64,000 bases of DNA from Sphingomonadaceae bacterium. Lineage in GTDB: Bacteria > Pseudomonadota > Alphaproteobacteria > Sphingomonadales > Sphingomonadaceae. Both the position numbers and the translations under genes were made by a program. Of the stretch, positions 17,086 to 26,728 are shown one piece after another (position 1 is the stretch's first letter; each line of letters starts with the position of its first letter). Where the stretch lies: NCBI GenBank assembly GCA_032249695.1, contig JAVVHE010000012.1:14647-78646 (forward strand), in the 5' to 3' direction. The notes beneath the pieces are model-generated. The model made no database searches. It was not told the DNA's origin and worked only from the letters and a program-made list of their open reading frames with translations.

Positions 17086-18809
17086 CCGCTGTCGTCCTCG
17101 CGCCGCGCCTGCGGCCGGGCGCACCCCCGCTCGCCGACGATGCGCCGCGCCCGTGGACTGCCCCGCTTGCGCGCATGCCCGTGCCGCCGGTGCCCGCCAG
17201 CCTGGAGGACGCACGCCGCCGCGCCGGGGCGGCGCTCGTGCTGCTGCTGCTCGCGGTGGCATCCATCATCGCACGGCTCGCCTACCTCGCGCTGTTCGAC
17301 CGGCCGACTCGGCCTGTACCTGCCACCCAGATTGCCCGCGGCACCATCGTCGACCGCAACGGGCTAGTGCTCGCGCAAGGCTACAAGGCGTTCGCTCTGA
17401 CGGTGCATCCGGATCGAGTCATCTCGGATCGCGCGGCGCTCGCGCCCAAGCTCGCAGCGGTGCTGTCGATCCCTCCCGCCGATGCGGCGCGGTTGCTGCA
17501 GCCGCCCGGCAAGTTCCGCTATCTCGCGCGCCGCGTGCCGCCGTCGATCGCGGCGGCCGCGATCGCGCTCGGCGAGCCCGCGATCGAGGTGCAGCGCGAG
17601 CCCGACCGCGTTTATCCGAATGGTGAACTCGGAGCCCACGTGCTGGGCTTCGTCAATCGCGACGGCGAGGGTGGCGGTGCGATCGAGCGCGCGTTCGAGG
17701 ACGATCTCGCCGACGGCAAGAACGTGTCGCTCACCATCGACAGCCGCGTCCAGCAGGCGCTCGAGTCCGAGCTCGCCGCCGGCATGGCCAAGCACTCGGC
17801 GATCGGCGCGGCGGGCGTGGTGATGGACGTAGAGACCGGCGAGGTGCTGGCGCTCGCCTCGCTGCCAGCGTTCAACCCGAACCTCTCAAGCTTCGATCCA
17901 ACCGACAACGCCCGCATGAACCGAGCCACCTACGGCCGCTACGAACTGGGATCGTGCTTCAAGGCGATGACGGTCGCGATGGCGCTGGATACGGGCGTCA
18001 CCAACTTGCAGCAGATGCTTGATGCGCGCCACCCGCTGCAGATCGGCCGGTTCAAGATTCACGACGATCATGCGAAGTCGCGCTTCCTGAGTGTGCCAGA
18101 GACGTTCATCTACAGCTCCAACATCGCAACAGCGCGGCTTGCCGAAGCGCTGGGACCGGACCGGCAGCGCGATTATCTGAAGAAGCTGGGCTTCATGGAC
18201 CGAGTGCAGCTAGAATACAGCAAGGACGAGCTGCGGACGCCGCAATATCCCTCGCGCTGGGGAAGGATCGAAACGATGACGGTGGGATACGGCCACGGCA
18301 TCGCGGTCACGCCTCTGCATCTGGCGACGGCCTATGCGTCGGTGGTGAATGGCGGGCTGTGGCGCCCGGCGACGATCGTGCGCGGGATAGCGCGGCCCGA
18401 GCCGGTGCGCGTGTTCAAGCCCGAGACGAGCGAGGCGATGCGCCGCCTGTTCCGGCTGGTGGTGCTGAGCGGTACGGGCCGGAAAGCCGACGCGCCGGGC
18501 TACCGCGTCGGCGGCAAGACCGGCACCGCAGAGAAGCCGCAGGCGGGCCGCTACAATCACAAGGCGCTGATCAGCACGTTCGCGGGCGCGTTCCCGATGG
18601 ACAATCCGCGCTATGTTGTCGTCGCGATGCTGGATGAGCCGCGCGGCACCAAGGATACCTTCGGTTTCGCAACCGCCGGCTGGGTCAGCGCGCCGATCGT
18701 TAGGAACGTCATCCTGCGCGCAGGGCCGATGCTGGGCGTGCAGGCCGATACCGCGCGCGATGTCGATGTGAACGGCCTTCTTCCCGCAGACGCAAAGGCG
18801 GAAGAGTGA
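17082..18809 (+). CDS. ftsI: Peptidoglycan D,D-transpeptidase FtsI (PBP3)
   Basis: GTG 17082 overlaps the ftsL stop. It has a TM helix, a PBP dimerisation domain and transpeptidase motifs (GSCFK, ..SSN.., KTGTA). Confidence 0.9.
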   Translation: MTAVVLAPRLRPGAPPLADDAPRPWTAPLARMPVPPVPASLEDARRRAGAALVLLLLAVASIIARLAYLALFDRPTRPVPATQIARGTIVDRNGLVLAQGYKAFALTVHPDRVISDRAALAPKLAAVLSIPPADAARLLQPPGKFRYLARRVPPSIAAAAIALGEPAIEVQREPDRVYPNGELGAHVLGFVNRDGEGGGAIERAFEDDLADGKNVSLTIDSRVQQALESELAAGMAKHSAIGAAGVVMDVETGEVLALASLPAFNPNLSSFDPTDNARMNRATYGRYELGSCFKAMTVAMALDTGVTNLQQMLDARHPLQIGRFKIHDDHAKSRFLSVPETFIYSSNIATARLAEALGPDRQRDYLKKLGFMDRVQLEYSKDELRTPQYPSRWGRIETMTVGYGHGIAVTPLHLATAYASVVNGGLWRPATIVRGIARPEPVRVFKPETSEAMRRLFRLVVLSGTGRKADAPGYRVGGKTGTAEKPQAGRYNHKALISTFAGAFPMDNPRYVVVAMLDEPRGTKDTFGFATAGWVSAPIVRNVILRAGPMLGVQADTARDVDVNGLLPADAKAEE

Positions 18810-18825
18810 GAACCGGTGCGTCCGC

Positions 18826-18849
18826 TCCTCCCCTCCATGGGGTGGGGGA
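18826..18849. repeat. Imperfect GC-rich palindrome (TCCTCCCCTCC-ATGG-GGTGGGGGA), REP-like
   Basis: Centred on CCATGG and lies in the ftsI-murE gap. Confidence 0.45.
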
Positions 18850-18940
18850 TCGCCGCAGGCGGCGGAGGGTCGCAAGACGCAGCGCGGTGAGCCTCATAAG
18901 CGTGCGTCGCGCGCCGCGGCTGCTGGGCGCGGGCCCATCC

Positions 18941-18980
18941 ACCACGCTTCGCGTGGTTCCCCCCCCCGTGGCGGGGGGGG
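18941..18980. repeat. Tandem hairpins: ACCACGC-TTC-GCGTGGT followed by C9-GTGGC-G8
   Basis: A perfect 7-bp stem spans 18941-18957. Homopolymers C9 (18959-18967) and G8 (18973-18980) can pair, and they end 8 nt before the murE GTG. Confidence 0.7.
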
Positions 18981-18988
18981 AATAGGCT

Positions 18989-20419
18989 GTGCGTCTCTCC
19001 GAGCTCATCTCCTCAGCTCCGCCCATCGCCGTGACCGGCTTCGCGATCGATCATCGCAAAATAGCCCCGGGCGCGGTGTTCGGCGCGTTCGAGGGCACTC
19101 GCTTCAATGGCGAGAACTTCATCCCCGCCGCGATCGCAGCTGGCGCGGTCGCCGTGGTGGCGCGGCGCGAGGCGCGGGTGGAAGGCGCCGTTCATCTGTG
19201 GTCCGACAAGCTGCCGCCGCGCGCCTATTTCGCGGAGCTGGCCGCGCGCTTCTTCGAGCCGCTGCCGCCGACGCGCGTTGCGGTCACGGGCACCAACGGC
19301 AAGACCTCGACGGTGGAGCTGACGCGGCAGCTGTGGACGCTGGCCGGGCGTCGCGCTGCATCGATCGGAACGCTGGGCGTGACGGTGGGCGACGACCGGC
19401 GCGCGACCGGGCTGACGACGCCCGACGTCGTCACCTTCCTGTCGAACCTTGGCGGGCTGGCGCGCGAGGGGGTCGATGCGGTCGCGTTCGAGGCGTCCAG
19501 CCACGGCCTGCACCAGAGCCGCATCGGCGGGTTCAATGTAGCGGCGGCTGCCTTCACGAACCTCAGCCGTGACCACCTTGATTATCACGGAACGATGGAG
19601 GCCTACTTCGAGGCGAAGATGATCCTGTTCCGCCAGCTGCTGGCTGACGGTGGCACTGCGGTCGTCTGGGCGGACGATCGGTGGTCCGACCGGGTTACCG
19701 CGCTGCTGGCGGCGGAGCGCCCCGGAGTGCAGGTGCTGACGGTCGGCGAGCGGGGCGCGGATTGGAGGCTTCTCGGCCGCGAGCCGACTGCGCTGGGGCA
19801 GGTGCTGCGGCTGCGCGCCGGTGGCGCGGAGCGGACGGTCAAGCTGCCGCTCATCGGAGCCTACCAGGCCGCGAACGCGCTGGTCGCGGGGGCGCTGACG
19901 GTCGCGACCGGTGGTGACCCTGCCCAGACCTTGCAGCATCTGGAGCGGCTGACGCCGATCCGCGGTCGTCTGGAGCGCGCGGTGCTGACGCGCGCCGGGG
20001 CGCCGGTCTATGTGGACTACGCCCACACGCCCGACGCGCTGGAGGCAGCGATCGCGGCGCTTAGACCGCACGCGAGCGGACGTGTCATCCTGGTGTTCGG
20101 CGCGGGCGGGGACCGCGACCAGGGCAAGCGCGGGCCGATGGGCGCGGTCGCGGCGGCGCACGCCGAGGTGGCGATCGTCACGGATGATAATCCCCGCTCC
20201 GAGGACCCGGCGACGATCCGCGCCTCGATCCTGCTCGCGGCGCCGGGCGCGCGCGAGATCGGCGACCGGCGTGCGGCAATCCGCGCGGCGATCGCGAACG
20301 CGCGCGCGGGCGACATCGTGCTGATCGCAGGCAAGGGGCACGAGACGGGACAGATTGTGGGCAACAAGGTGCTGCCCTTTGACGACGCCGAGGTGGCCCG
20401 CGAGGAAGCGGCTGCATGA
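18989..20419 (+). CDS. murE: UDP-N-acetylmuramoyl-L-alanyl-D-glutamate--2,6-diaminopimelate ligase
   Basis: Motifs VTGTNGKTST and DNPRSEDP, a Mur ligase domain order, and the expected position in the dcw cluster. Confidence 0.9.
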   Translation: MRLSELISSAPPIAVTGFAIDHRKIAPGAVFGAFEGTRFNGENFIPAAIAAGAVAVVARREARVEGAVHLWSDKLPPRAYFAELAARFFEPLPPTRVAVTGTNGKTSTVELTRQLWTLAGRRAASIGTLGVTVGDDRRATGLTTPDVVTFLSNLGGLAREGVDAVAFEASSHGLHQSRIGGFNVAAAAFTNLSRDHLDYHGTMEAYFEAKMILFRQLLADGGTAVVWADDRWSDRVTALLAAERPGVQVLTVGERGADWRLLGREPTALGQVLRLRAGGAERTVKLPLIGAYQAANALVAGALTVATGGDPAQTLQHLERLTPIRGRLERAVLTRAGAPVYVDYAHTPDALEAAIAALRPHASGRVILVFGAGGDRDQGKRGPMGAVAAAHAEVAIVTDDNPRSEDPATIRASILLAAPGAREIGDRRAAIRAAIANARAGDIVLIAGKGHETGQIVGNKVLPFDDAEVAREEAAA

Positions 20420-21774
20420 ACCCGCTGTGGACCTGCGAGGAGATCGCGCACGCCTGCGACGGCGAGCGGCATGGCCGGTTCGCTTGCAACAATGTCGCCT
20501 TTGACAGCCGCGAAGTGGCGCCCGGCGCGCTGTTCGTTGCGCTGAAGGGCACGCAGGCTGACGGGCACGACTACATCGATTCGGCTATCGAGCGCGGCGC
20601 TGCTGGCGCGCTCGTCAGCCGCCCGGTGCCGCATCCTCACGTGCTCGTCCCCGACACGCAGGCGGGGCTGGAGGCGCTGGGGCGGGTTGGGCGCGTACGC
20701 GCGCTGAGCGCGGCGGTGGTCGGCGTCACGGGCAGCGTCGGCAAGACAACCACCAAGGAGCTGATCCGCGCGTGCTTCGAGCCGCAGGGGCCCACGCACG
20801 CCAGTGTCAAAAGCTACAACAACCACACCGGCGTGCCGCTGAGCCTCGCCCGGATGCCGTCGGAAACGCGCTGGGCGGTGTTCGAGATGGGGATGAACCA
20901 CGCGGGAGAGATCGCTGCATTGACCGAGCAGGTGCGGCCTGACGTTGCGGTCATCACCTGGATCGCTCCTGCGCATATCGAAAATCTCGGCTCGCTGGAG
21001 GCGATCGCCGAGGCCAAGGCAGAGATTTTTCTCGGTCTCGAACGGGGCGGCGCCGCGATCTACCCGGCCGAGGCGCCGCACGCCGATCTGCTTCTGAAGC
21101 GCGCGCGTGACAAAACGAGCGTCGTCCTGAGCTTCGGCCTCGGCCCGTCGGCGGACATCCGGCCAGAGACGTTGATCGAGACCGAGGACGGATCGCTCTT
21201 CGAGCTGGTGTTCGATGGTGTGCGCTATTCCGTGCGCGTGCCGCAGCCCGGACGCCACCGCGTGCTGAACGCGCTCGCAGCGCTGGCTGCGGTCAGCGCC
21301 GCGGGGGCAGACGTCGGCGTGGCCGTCGATGCGATCGGGCGATCGACAGAGCTTGCCGGCCGCGGCGCGCGGCGCACGATTGCGCTCTTCGGCGGTGGCG
21401 AGGCGCTGCTGATCGACGAGAGCTACAATGCCAACCCAGCTTCGATGGCAGCGGCGCTCGCGGTGCTGGAAGCGCTCGCCGCGCCGCGCAAACTCGCGGT
21501 CCTGGGCGCGATGCGCGAGCTTGGCGGCTTCTCCGATCAATATCACCGCGAGCTCGCGCCGCTGATCGAGCGCGCGGGCGTTTCTCATGCGATCCTCGTC
21601 GGGCCGGAGATGGAGCCGCTCGCCGCCGAACTGCCCGGCGCGGTGCATGTCGGCGGCTGGCAGGACGCGCTCGCCACTGTGAGCGAACTGCTTGCAGACG
21701 GAGACGCGGTGCTTGTTAAGGGATCGAACAGCGTCGAGCTGGCCCGGCTCGTCGCGGCGCTGGAGGGGCGCTGA
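20416..21774 (+). CDS. murF: UDP-N-acetylmuramoyl-tripeptide--D-alanyl-D-alanine ligase
   Basis: ATGA overlap with murE. Motifs VTGSVGKTTTKE and ...IDESYNANPASM.... Confidence 0.9.
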   Translation: MNPLWTCEEIAHACDGERHGRFACNNVAFDSREVAPGALFVALKGTQADGHDYIDSAIERGAAGALVSRPVPHPHVLVPDTQAGLEALGRVGRVRALSAAVVGVTGSVGKTTTKELIRACFEPQGPTHASVKSYNNHTGVPLSLARMPSETRWAVFEMGMNHAGEIAALTEQVRPDVAVITWIAPAHIENLGSLEAIAEAKAEIFLGLERGGAAIYPAEAPHADLLLKRARDKTSVVLSFGLGPSADIRPETLIETEDGSLFELVFDGVRYSVRVPQPGRHRVLNALAALAAVSAAGADVGVAVDAIGRSTELAGRGARRTIALFGGGEALLIDESYNANPASMAAALAVLEALAAPRKLAVLGAMRELGGFSDQYHRELAPLIERAGVSHAILVGPEMEPLAAELPGAVHVGGWQDALATVSELLADGDAVLVKGSNSVELARLVAALEGR

Positions 21775-22848
21775 ATGTTCTATCTCTTGGCCGAGCTGGC
21801 CGGGTTTTCCGGACCGCTCAATCTGTTTCGCTATCTGACGTTCCGCGCGGGCGGAGCCGTCATCACCGCGCTCGTTTGCATGATGTGGCTGATGCCGCGC
21901 CTGATCAGCCGGCTGAGGATCAAGCAGGGTAAGGGCCAGCCGATCCGCGAGGATGGGCCGCAGAGCCACCTTGTCGCCAAGAAGGGCACGCCGACGATGG
22001 GCGGGCTTGGTATCCTGATGAGCCTGATCCTGTCGACAATCCTGTGGATGGAGCTGTCGAACGGCTTTGTGTGGGCCTGCCTGTTCGTCACTATCGGCTT
22101 CGGCGCGATCGGCTTTATGGACGATTATGCCAAGGTGACAAAACAATCAAATCGCGGCTTGTCCGCCAAACGTCGTCTGCTGCTCGAGTTTCTGATCGCG
22201 GGCGTTGCCTGTGCGTGGACCGCATCGATGACGAATACGACGGTGTATTTCCCCTTGTTGAAAAATATGGGCATTGACCTTGGCTACGCCTACATTCTAT
22301 TCGCAGCATTTGTCGTCGTAGGCTCGGGAAATGCTGTCAATCTGACCGATGGCTTGGATGGGCTCGCGACGATGCCGGTCATCATTGCGGCGCTCACGTT
22401 TGGCGTGATTGCTTATCTGGTCGGCAACGTGAAGTTTGCAGAGTATCTGGGTGTTCATTACGTCGCGGGAGCGGGCACGCTCGCAATCTTCTGCTGGGCT
22501 TTGATCGGCGCCGGGCTGGGCTTCCTGTGGTTCAACGCGCCGCCTGCCGCGGTCTTCATGGGCGATACGGGCAGTCTCGCGCTGGGTGGCGCGCTGGGGA
22601 TGATCGCGGTTGTCGCCAAGCACGAGATCGTGCTGGTGATCGTCGGTGGCCTGTTCGTCGCCGAGGCGCTGTCGGTGATGATCCAGGTGCTGTGGTTCAA
22701 GCGCACCGGCCGTCGCGTGTTCCGCATGGCGCCGATCCACCATCATTTCGAACTGATGGGCTGGAAGGAATCGACCGTCGTCATCCGCTTCTGGATCGTA
22801 TCGATCATGCTCGCACTTGCGGGCCTGTCGACGCTGAAGATCCGGTGA
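21775..22848 (+). CDS. mraY: Phospho-N-acetylmuramoyl-pentapeptide transferase
   Basis: Polytopic membrane protein with [25 protein letters not shown] and PIHHHFE motifs. Confidence 0.95.
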   Translation: MFYLLAELAGFSGPLNLFRYLTFRAGGAVITALVCMMWLMPRLISRLRIKQGKGQPIREDGPQSHLVAKKGTPTMGGLGILMSLILSTILWMELSNGFVWACLFVTIGFGAIGFMDDYAKVTKQSNRGLSAKRRLLLEFLIAGVACAWTASMTNTTVYFPLLKNMGIDLGYAYILFAAFVVVGSGNAVNLTDGLDGLATMPVIIAALTFGVIAYLVGNVKFAEYLGVHYVAGAGTLAIFCWALIGAGLGFLWFNAPPAAVFMGDTGSLALGGALGMIAVVAKHEIVLVIVGGLFVAEALSVMIQVLWFKRTGRRVFRMAPIHHHFELMGWKESTVVIRFWIVSIMLALAGLSTLKIR

Positions 22849-24173
22849 ACACCGCGCGCGCCTGGGCGGGAAAGCGCTACGGCGTGTTCGGCCTGGCACG
22901 CACGGGCCGCTCGGTCGTGGCGGCGCTGCATGCGAGCGGGGCGCAAGTGTGGGCATGGGACGACAATGCAGCCGCCCGCGAGGGCGTCGCGGCGACTCTC
23001 GTTGATCTGAACAGCGCGGACCTCGCCGGTCTGGCGGGGCTGGTCGTGTCGCCCGGCGTGCCGCTCAACCGCCACCCGCTCCCAGCGCGCGCGAGCGCCG
23101 CGGGCGTGCCGGTCATCGGCGATACCGAACTGTTCGCGCAGGCGCTGCCCGAACTGCCGCGCGCCGCGGTCGTGGGCGTGACGGGCACCAACGGCAAGTC
23201 GACCACGACGGCGCTGCTCTATCATATCGTGATTGGATCGGGCCGCCCGGCGCTGCTCGGCGGCAATATCGGCGCGCCGATTCTCGGCGAGGCTCCGCTG
23301 CCCGAAGGCGGGGTCTATTGCCTCGAGCTGTCGAGCTTTCAGATCGACCTGACGAAGAGCCTTGCCTGCGACGTGGCGGTGCACCTCAACCTCACAGCCG
23401 ATCATCTCGACCGGTATGACGGGCTGAAGGCTTATGCAGCGGCGAAGGCGCGACTGTTCGCGATGCAGCGTCGCGATCAGACTGCCGTCATCGCGGTCGA
23501 TGACGAACACACGCGCGCCGTCGCGGACGCAGCGCCCGCGCATGTCGTGCGCGTATCGGGGCGCGAGGTGCTGGCCAAGGGCGTCAGCGTCGTCGGTGGC
23601 ACTGCGTTCGTCGACGGCGCGGCGTGGGGCACGCAGATCGCGTGGCCCTCGCTTAAGGGCGTGCACAATGCTCAGAACTCTGCGGCTGCGATCGCCGCGG
23701 CGCAGGCGCTTGGGATCAGCGACGACGCGATCCGCATGGGGCTGGAAAGCTATCGCGGGCTGCCGCACCGAATGGAGATCGTCGGCACGCGCGGCGGAGT
23801 GCGATTCGTGAACGATTCGAAGGCGACCAACCCGGCGTCCGCCGCACCCGCGCTCAGCGCCTACCCCGCCATCCGCTGGATCGCCGGCGGGCAGGCGAAG
23901 TCCGACAGCCTCGCCGAAATCGAGCCCTACCTCTCACACGTCCGTTCGGCGCACCTGATCGGCGAGGCGGAGCCGCTGTTCGAGCGCCTGCTCGCGCCGC
24001 AGCTTGCGGCGCGGCCGTGCGGCACGCTCGATGCGGCGCTCGCCGACGCGGTCGCGCTCGCCGAGCCGGGGGATACCGTGCTGCTCTCACCCGCCTGCGC
24101 CAGCTACGACCAGTTCCGGAATTATGAGGAGCGCGGCGACCGCTTTCGCGCGCTGGTGGAGGCGTTGCCGTGA
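22845..24173 (+). CDS. murD: UDP-N-acetylmuramoylalanine--D-glutamate ligase
   Basis: GTG 22845 overlaps the mraY stop (GTGA). Motifs [13 protein letters not shown] and ...VNDSKATNP.... Confidence 0.9.
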   Translation: MNTARAWAGKRYGVFGLARTGRSVVAALHASGAQVWAWDDNAAAREGVAATLVDLNSADLAGLAGLVVSPGVPLNRHPLPARASAAGVPVIGDTELFAQALPELPRAAVVGVTGTNGKSTTTALLYHIVIGSGRPALLGGNIGAPILGEAPLPEGGVYCLELSSFQIDLTKSLACDVAVHLNLTADHLDRYDGLKAYAAAKARLFAMQRRDQTAVIAVDDEHTRAVADAAPAHVVRVSGREVLAKGVSVVGGTAFVDGAAWGTQIAWPSLKGVHNAQNSAAAIAAAQALGISDDAIRMGLESYRGLPHRMEIVGTRGGVRFVNDSKATNPASAAPALSAYPAIRWIAGGQAKSDSLAEIEPYLSHVRSAHLIGEAEPLFERLLAPQLAARPCGTLDAALADAVALAEPGDTVLLSPACASYDQFRNYEERGDRFRALVEALP

Positions 24174-25339
24174 GAACGCGTCTGTCGCGCGCCGACCAGA
24201 GCCGTTTGAGCCAGTGGTTCTGGACGATCGACCATGTGCTGCTGGCGATGATCGTCGTGCTGATCGGCATCGGCCTCATCGCAGTCGCTGCCGCCTCGCC
24301 CGCCGCGGCGCACCGCTATTCGGGCCAGGGCTATACGGTGTCCGATCTGCATTACTTTCAGCGCCAGCTGTTCTGGGTGACGATCGGCCTGCCGGTGCTG
24401 CTCGGTGTGTCGATGCTATCCAAGGCCGATGTGAAGCGGGTCGGCTTGATCGGCGGAGCGGTGGCACTCGCGGCGCTGATGCTGGTGCCAGTGATCGGCT
24501 TCACGGTGAATGGCGCGACGCGCTGGCTCGTGTTCGGCCCCGCGCAGGTGCAGCCGTCCGAGTTCCTGAAGCCGCTGTTCATCGTCGCGATGGCAGCGTT
24601 GCTGTCGATCCGCTTCGAGGATGCGAAGGCGCCGGCGCTCGCGTTGTCGGCCGCCCTCCTCGCGATCATCGCGGTGTTCCTGATCAAGCAGCCCGACCTG
24701 GGGCAGACGATCCTATTCGTCAGCATCTGGCTGCTCTTGGCGACGCTCGCCGGGCTGGAACGGCGGCTGATCGCCGGTGCCTTGGCGCTTGGGCTGGGCG
24801 GCATCGTCGCAGCGTTCTTTACGCTGCACCACGTGCATGAGCGGATCGTCAGCTATGTGACCGGCGGCGGCGACCGCACGCAGGTCGACGCAGCGCTCAA
24901 CTGCTTTCGCGCAGGCGGACTGTTCGGGGTGGGGCCGGGAGCGGGCAAGATGAAGATGAAGCTGCCCGAGCCTCAAACCGATTATATTTTCGCGGTGATC
25001 GGCGAGGAGTTCGGCGCCATCGCCTGCATCGCGATCGCCTGCCTGTTCGTGGCGGTGGTGGTGCGTGCGGTGAGCCGGGCGCACGATGAGGAGGACCCGT
25101 TCGTGTTCCTCGCCTCGATCGGGCTGGCTGCGCAGCTTGGGCTCCAGGCGGCGATCAACATGGGTGTGAACGTTCACCTGCTGCCATCGAAGGGCATGAC
25201 GCTTCCCTTCATCAGCCATGGCGGATCGAGCTTCGTCGCGCTCTGCCTCGGAACCGGCCTGCTGCTCGCGCTGGGGCGACGCAATCCATACGCCAAGGCT
25301 TCGCCATACCGGTTCACGCCGGTGGGAGCGAGGGCGTGA
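24170..25339 (+). CDS. ftsW: Peptidoglycan glycosyltransferase FtsW (SEDS family)
   Basis: GTGA overlap with murD. It is a 10-TM SEDS-type protein (...QPSEFLKP..., ...LPEPQTDYIFAVIGEEFG..., ...GMTLPFISHGGSS...). Confidence 0.9.
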   Translation: MRTRLSRADQSRLSQWFWTIDHVLLAMIVVLIGIGLIAVAAASPAAAHRYSGQGYTVSDLHYFQRQLFWVTIGLPVLLGVSMLSKADVKRVGLIGGAVALAALMLVPVIGFTVNGATRWLVFGPAQVQPSEFLKPLFIVAMAALLSIRFEDAKAPALALSAALLAIIAVFLIKQPDLGQTILFVSIWLLLATLAGLERRLIAGALALGLGGIVAAFFTLHHVHERIVSYVTGGGDRTQVDAALNCFRAGGLFGVGPGAGKMKMKLPEPQTDYIFAVIGEEFGAIACIAIACLFVAVVVRAVSRAHDEEDPFVFLASIGLAAQLGLQAAINMGVNVHLLPSKGMTLPFISHGGSSFVALCLGTGLLLALGRRNPYAKASPYRFTPVGARA

Positions 25340-25354
25340 AGAGCGAAGCCACAA

Positions 25355-25375
25355 GTCCCCTCCCGGCGCGGGGAC
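25355..25375. repeat. Hairpin GTCCCC-N9-GGGGAC (REP-like)
   Basis: Perfect 6-bp stem in the ftsW-murG gap. Confidence 0.5.
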
Positions 25376-25455
25376 GTGTCGCCGCGCCGACGGCGACGTT
25401 GGGGTTGAGTGGTCGCGTCATAATGTCTCGGGCCCGCCGCTCGCGCGCCGGTCCA

Positions 25456-25474
25456 CCTCCCCGTTCCAGGGAGG
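25456..25474. repeat. Hairpin CCTCCC-N7-GGGAGG (REP-like core)
   Basis: Perfect 6-bp stem, 20 nt upstream of the murG ATG. Confidence 0.55.
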
Positions 25475-25493
25475 GGCTTGCGGAGCTGCGTCC

Positions 25494-26555
25494 ATGACCC
25501 GCCCCATCCTCCTCTGCGCGGGCGGCACGGGCGGGCACATGATCCCGGCGCATGCGCTGTCGCAGGAGCTGCAGCGGCGCGGGCGGCGCGTGGTGCTGCT
25601 CTCCGACGCGCGAGGACTGACGCTGCCGGGGCTATTCGAAGGCGTCGACAAGCACGAGCTGCCCGCGGCCTCCCCCGGGCGTGGCGGCGTGCTGTCATGG
25701 CCGCGAACCGCGCTCACCATCATGCGCGGGCGGGCGCGGGCGGCCGAGCTGGTGCGGCGGCTGCGCCCCGCGGCGTGCGCCGGGTTCGGCGGCTATCCGT
25801 CGCTCCCCGGCCTGTGGGCGGCGACGGGCGCGCGTATCCCCAGCATCATCCACGAGCAGAACGCAGTCCTCGGGCGCGTCAACCGGCGCTTTGGCGGCCG
25901 CGTACAACGCATCGCGACGAGCTATCCCACCGTCCGCCACATGCGCCCCGAATGGGCGCTGAAGGTGCGGCTGACGGGCAACCCGGTGCGGCCCGAGATC
26001 GCTGCGCTGCCGCCGCCGCCAGCGTCGGCCCGGACGATCCTGGTGATCGGCGGCAGCCAAGGCGCGAGCATCTTTTCGACAATCGTCCCGCGCGCGCTGG
26101 TCAGCCTCAGCGAGAGCGGGCCGCTGCGCGTCATCCAGCAGGCGCGCACGGCCGAGCTGCCCGCGATCATCGACCTCTATCGCGAGGCGGGCATCCCTGC
26201 CGAGGTATCGCCCTTCTTCACCGACATGGCCGGTGCGCTCTCCCGCGCCAACCTGGTCATCGCGCGCGCGGGCGCATCGACAATCGCCGAGTTGACGTGC
26301 GCGGGGCGTCCGTCCATCTTGGTGCCACTCCCCAGCTCGATGGACGATCACCAGACCGCGAACGCGCGGGCGCTGGCGGACGCCGGGGGAGCCATACTTA
26401 TCTCGCAGCGCGAGTTCACGCCTGAACGCCTGTCCGCCACCATCGCCGAGCTTACGCCCGAGCGTCTGGGGGCGATGGCCGCAGCTGCGCGTTCGCTCCG
26501 GTTGCCCGACGCTGCGTCGACCCTTGCCGACTTGATCGAGGAGATCAGCCTTTGA
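25494..26555 (+). CDS. murG: UDP-N-acetylglucosamine--N-acetylmuramyl-(pentapeptide) pyrophosphoryl-undecaprenol GlcNAc transferase
   Basis: Internal ATG giving [22 protein letters not shown]..., the canonical MurG N-terminus. The upstream part of track ORF 25218.. is non-coding-like. Confidence 0.9.
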   Translation: MTRPILLCAGGTGGHMIPAHALSQELQRRGRRVVLLSDARGLTLPGLFEGVDKHELPAASPGRGGVLSWPRTALTIMRGRARAAELVRRLRPAACAGFGGYPSLPGLWAATGARIPSIIHEQNAVLGRVNRRFGGRVQRIATSYPTVRHMRPEWALKVRLTGNPVRPEIAALPPPPASARTILVIGGSQGASIFSTIVPRALVSLSESGPLRVIQQARTAELPAIIDLYREAGIPAEVSPFFTDMAGALSRANLVIARAGASTIAELTCAGRPSILVPLPSSMDDHQTANARALADAGGAILISQREFTPERLSATIAELTPERLGAMAAAARSLRLPDAASTLADLIEEISL

Positions 26556-26728
26556 CCGATACACCACGCCGAACACTCACTGTGTCCTCCCGCCCGATCG
26601 TGGCGGGCACCGAGCCGCGCAGTCGCGCGCCCGCCGCGGTCTCCGCACCCAAGGCTGCGCGCTTCTCGGCAGCCGACGCGGCGCTCAAGGCCGCACTCGC
26701 CGCCGAGCTGTCGACCCAGGGCGACTGA
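26552..26728 (+). CDS. Candidate small protein (58 aa from TTG 26552, or 48 aa from GTG 26582) filling the murG-murC gap; not in ORF track
   Basis: TTG overlaps the murG stop (TTGA) and TGA overlaps the murC ATG (TGATG). My hand-counted GC3 is about 90% in this frame versus about 70% in the other two. The peptide is ...[47 protein letters not shown]. Confidence 0.4.
   Translation: MTDTPRRTLTVSSRPIVAGTEPRSRAPAAVSAPKAARFSAADAALKAALAAELSTQGD

Noticed and set aside
25336-25497. 53-codon ORF bridging the ftsW-murG gap (GTGA overlap at the start, ATGA overlap at the end)
   Set aside because: The layout is attractive, but GC3 is only about 70% by hand count and rare codons are present (ata, agt, gga). 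The sequence is dominated by two REP-like hairpins, so I judge it non-coding.
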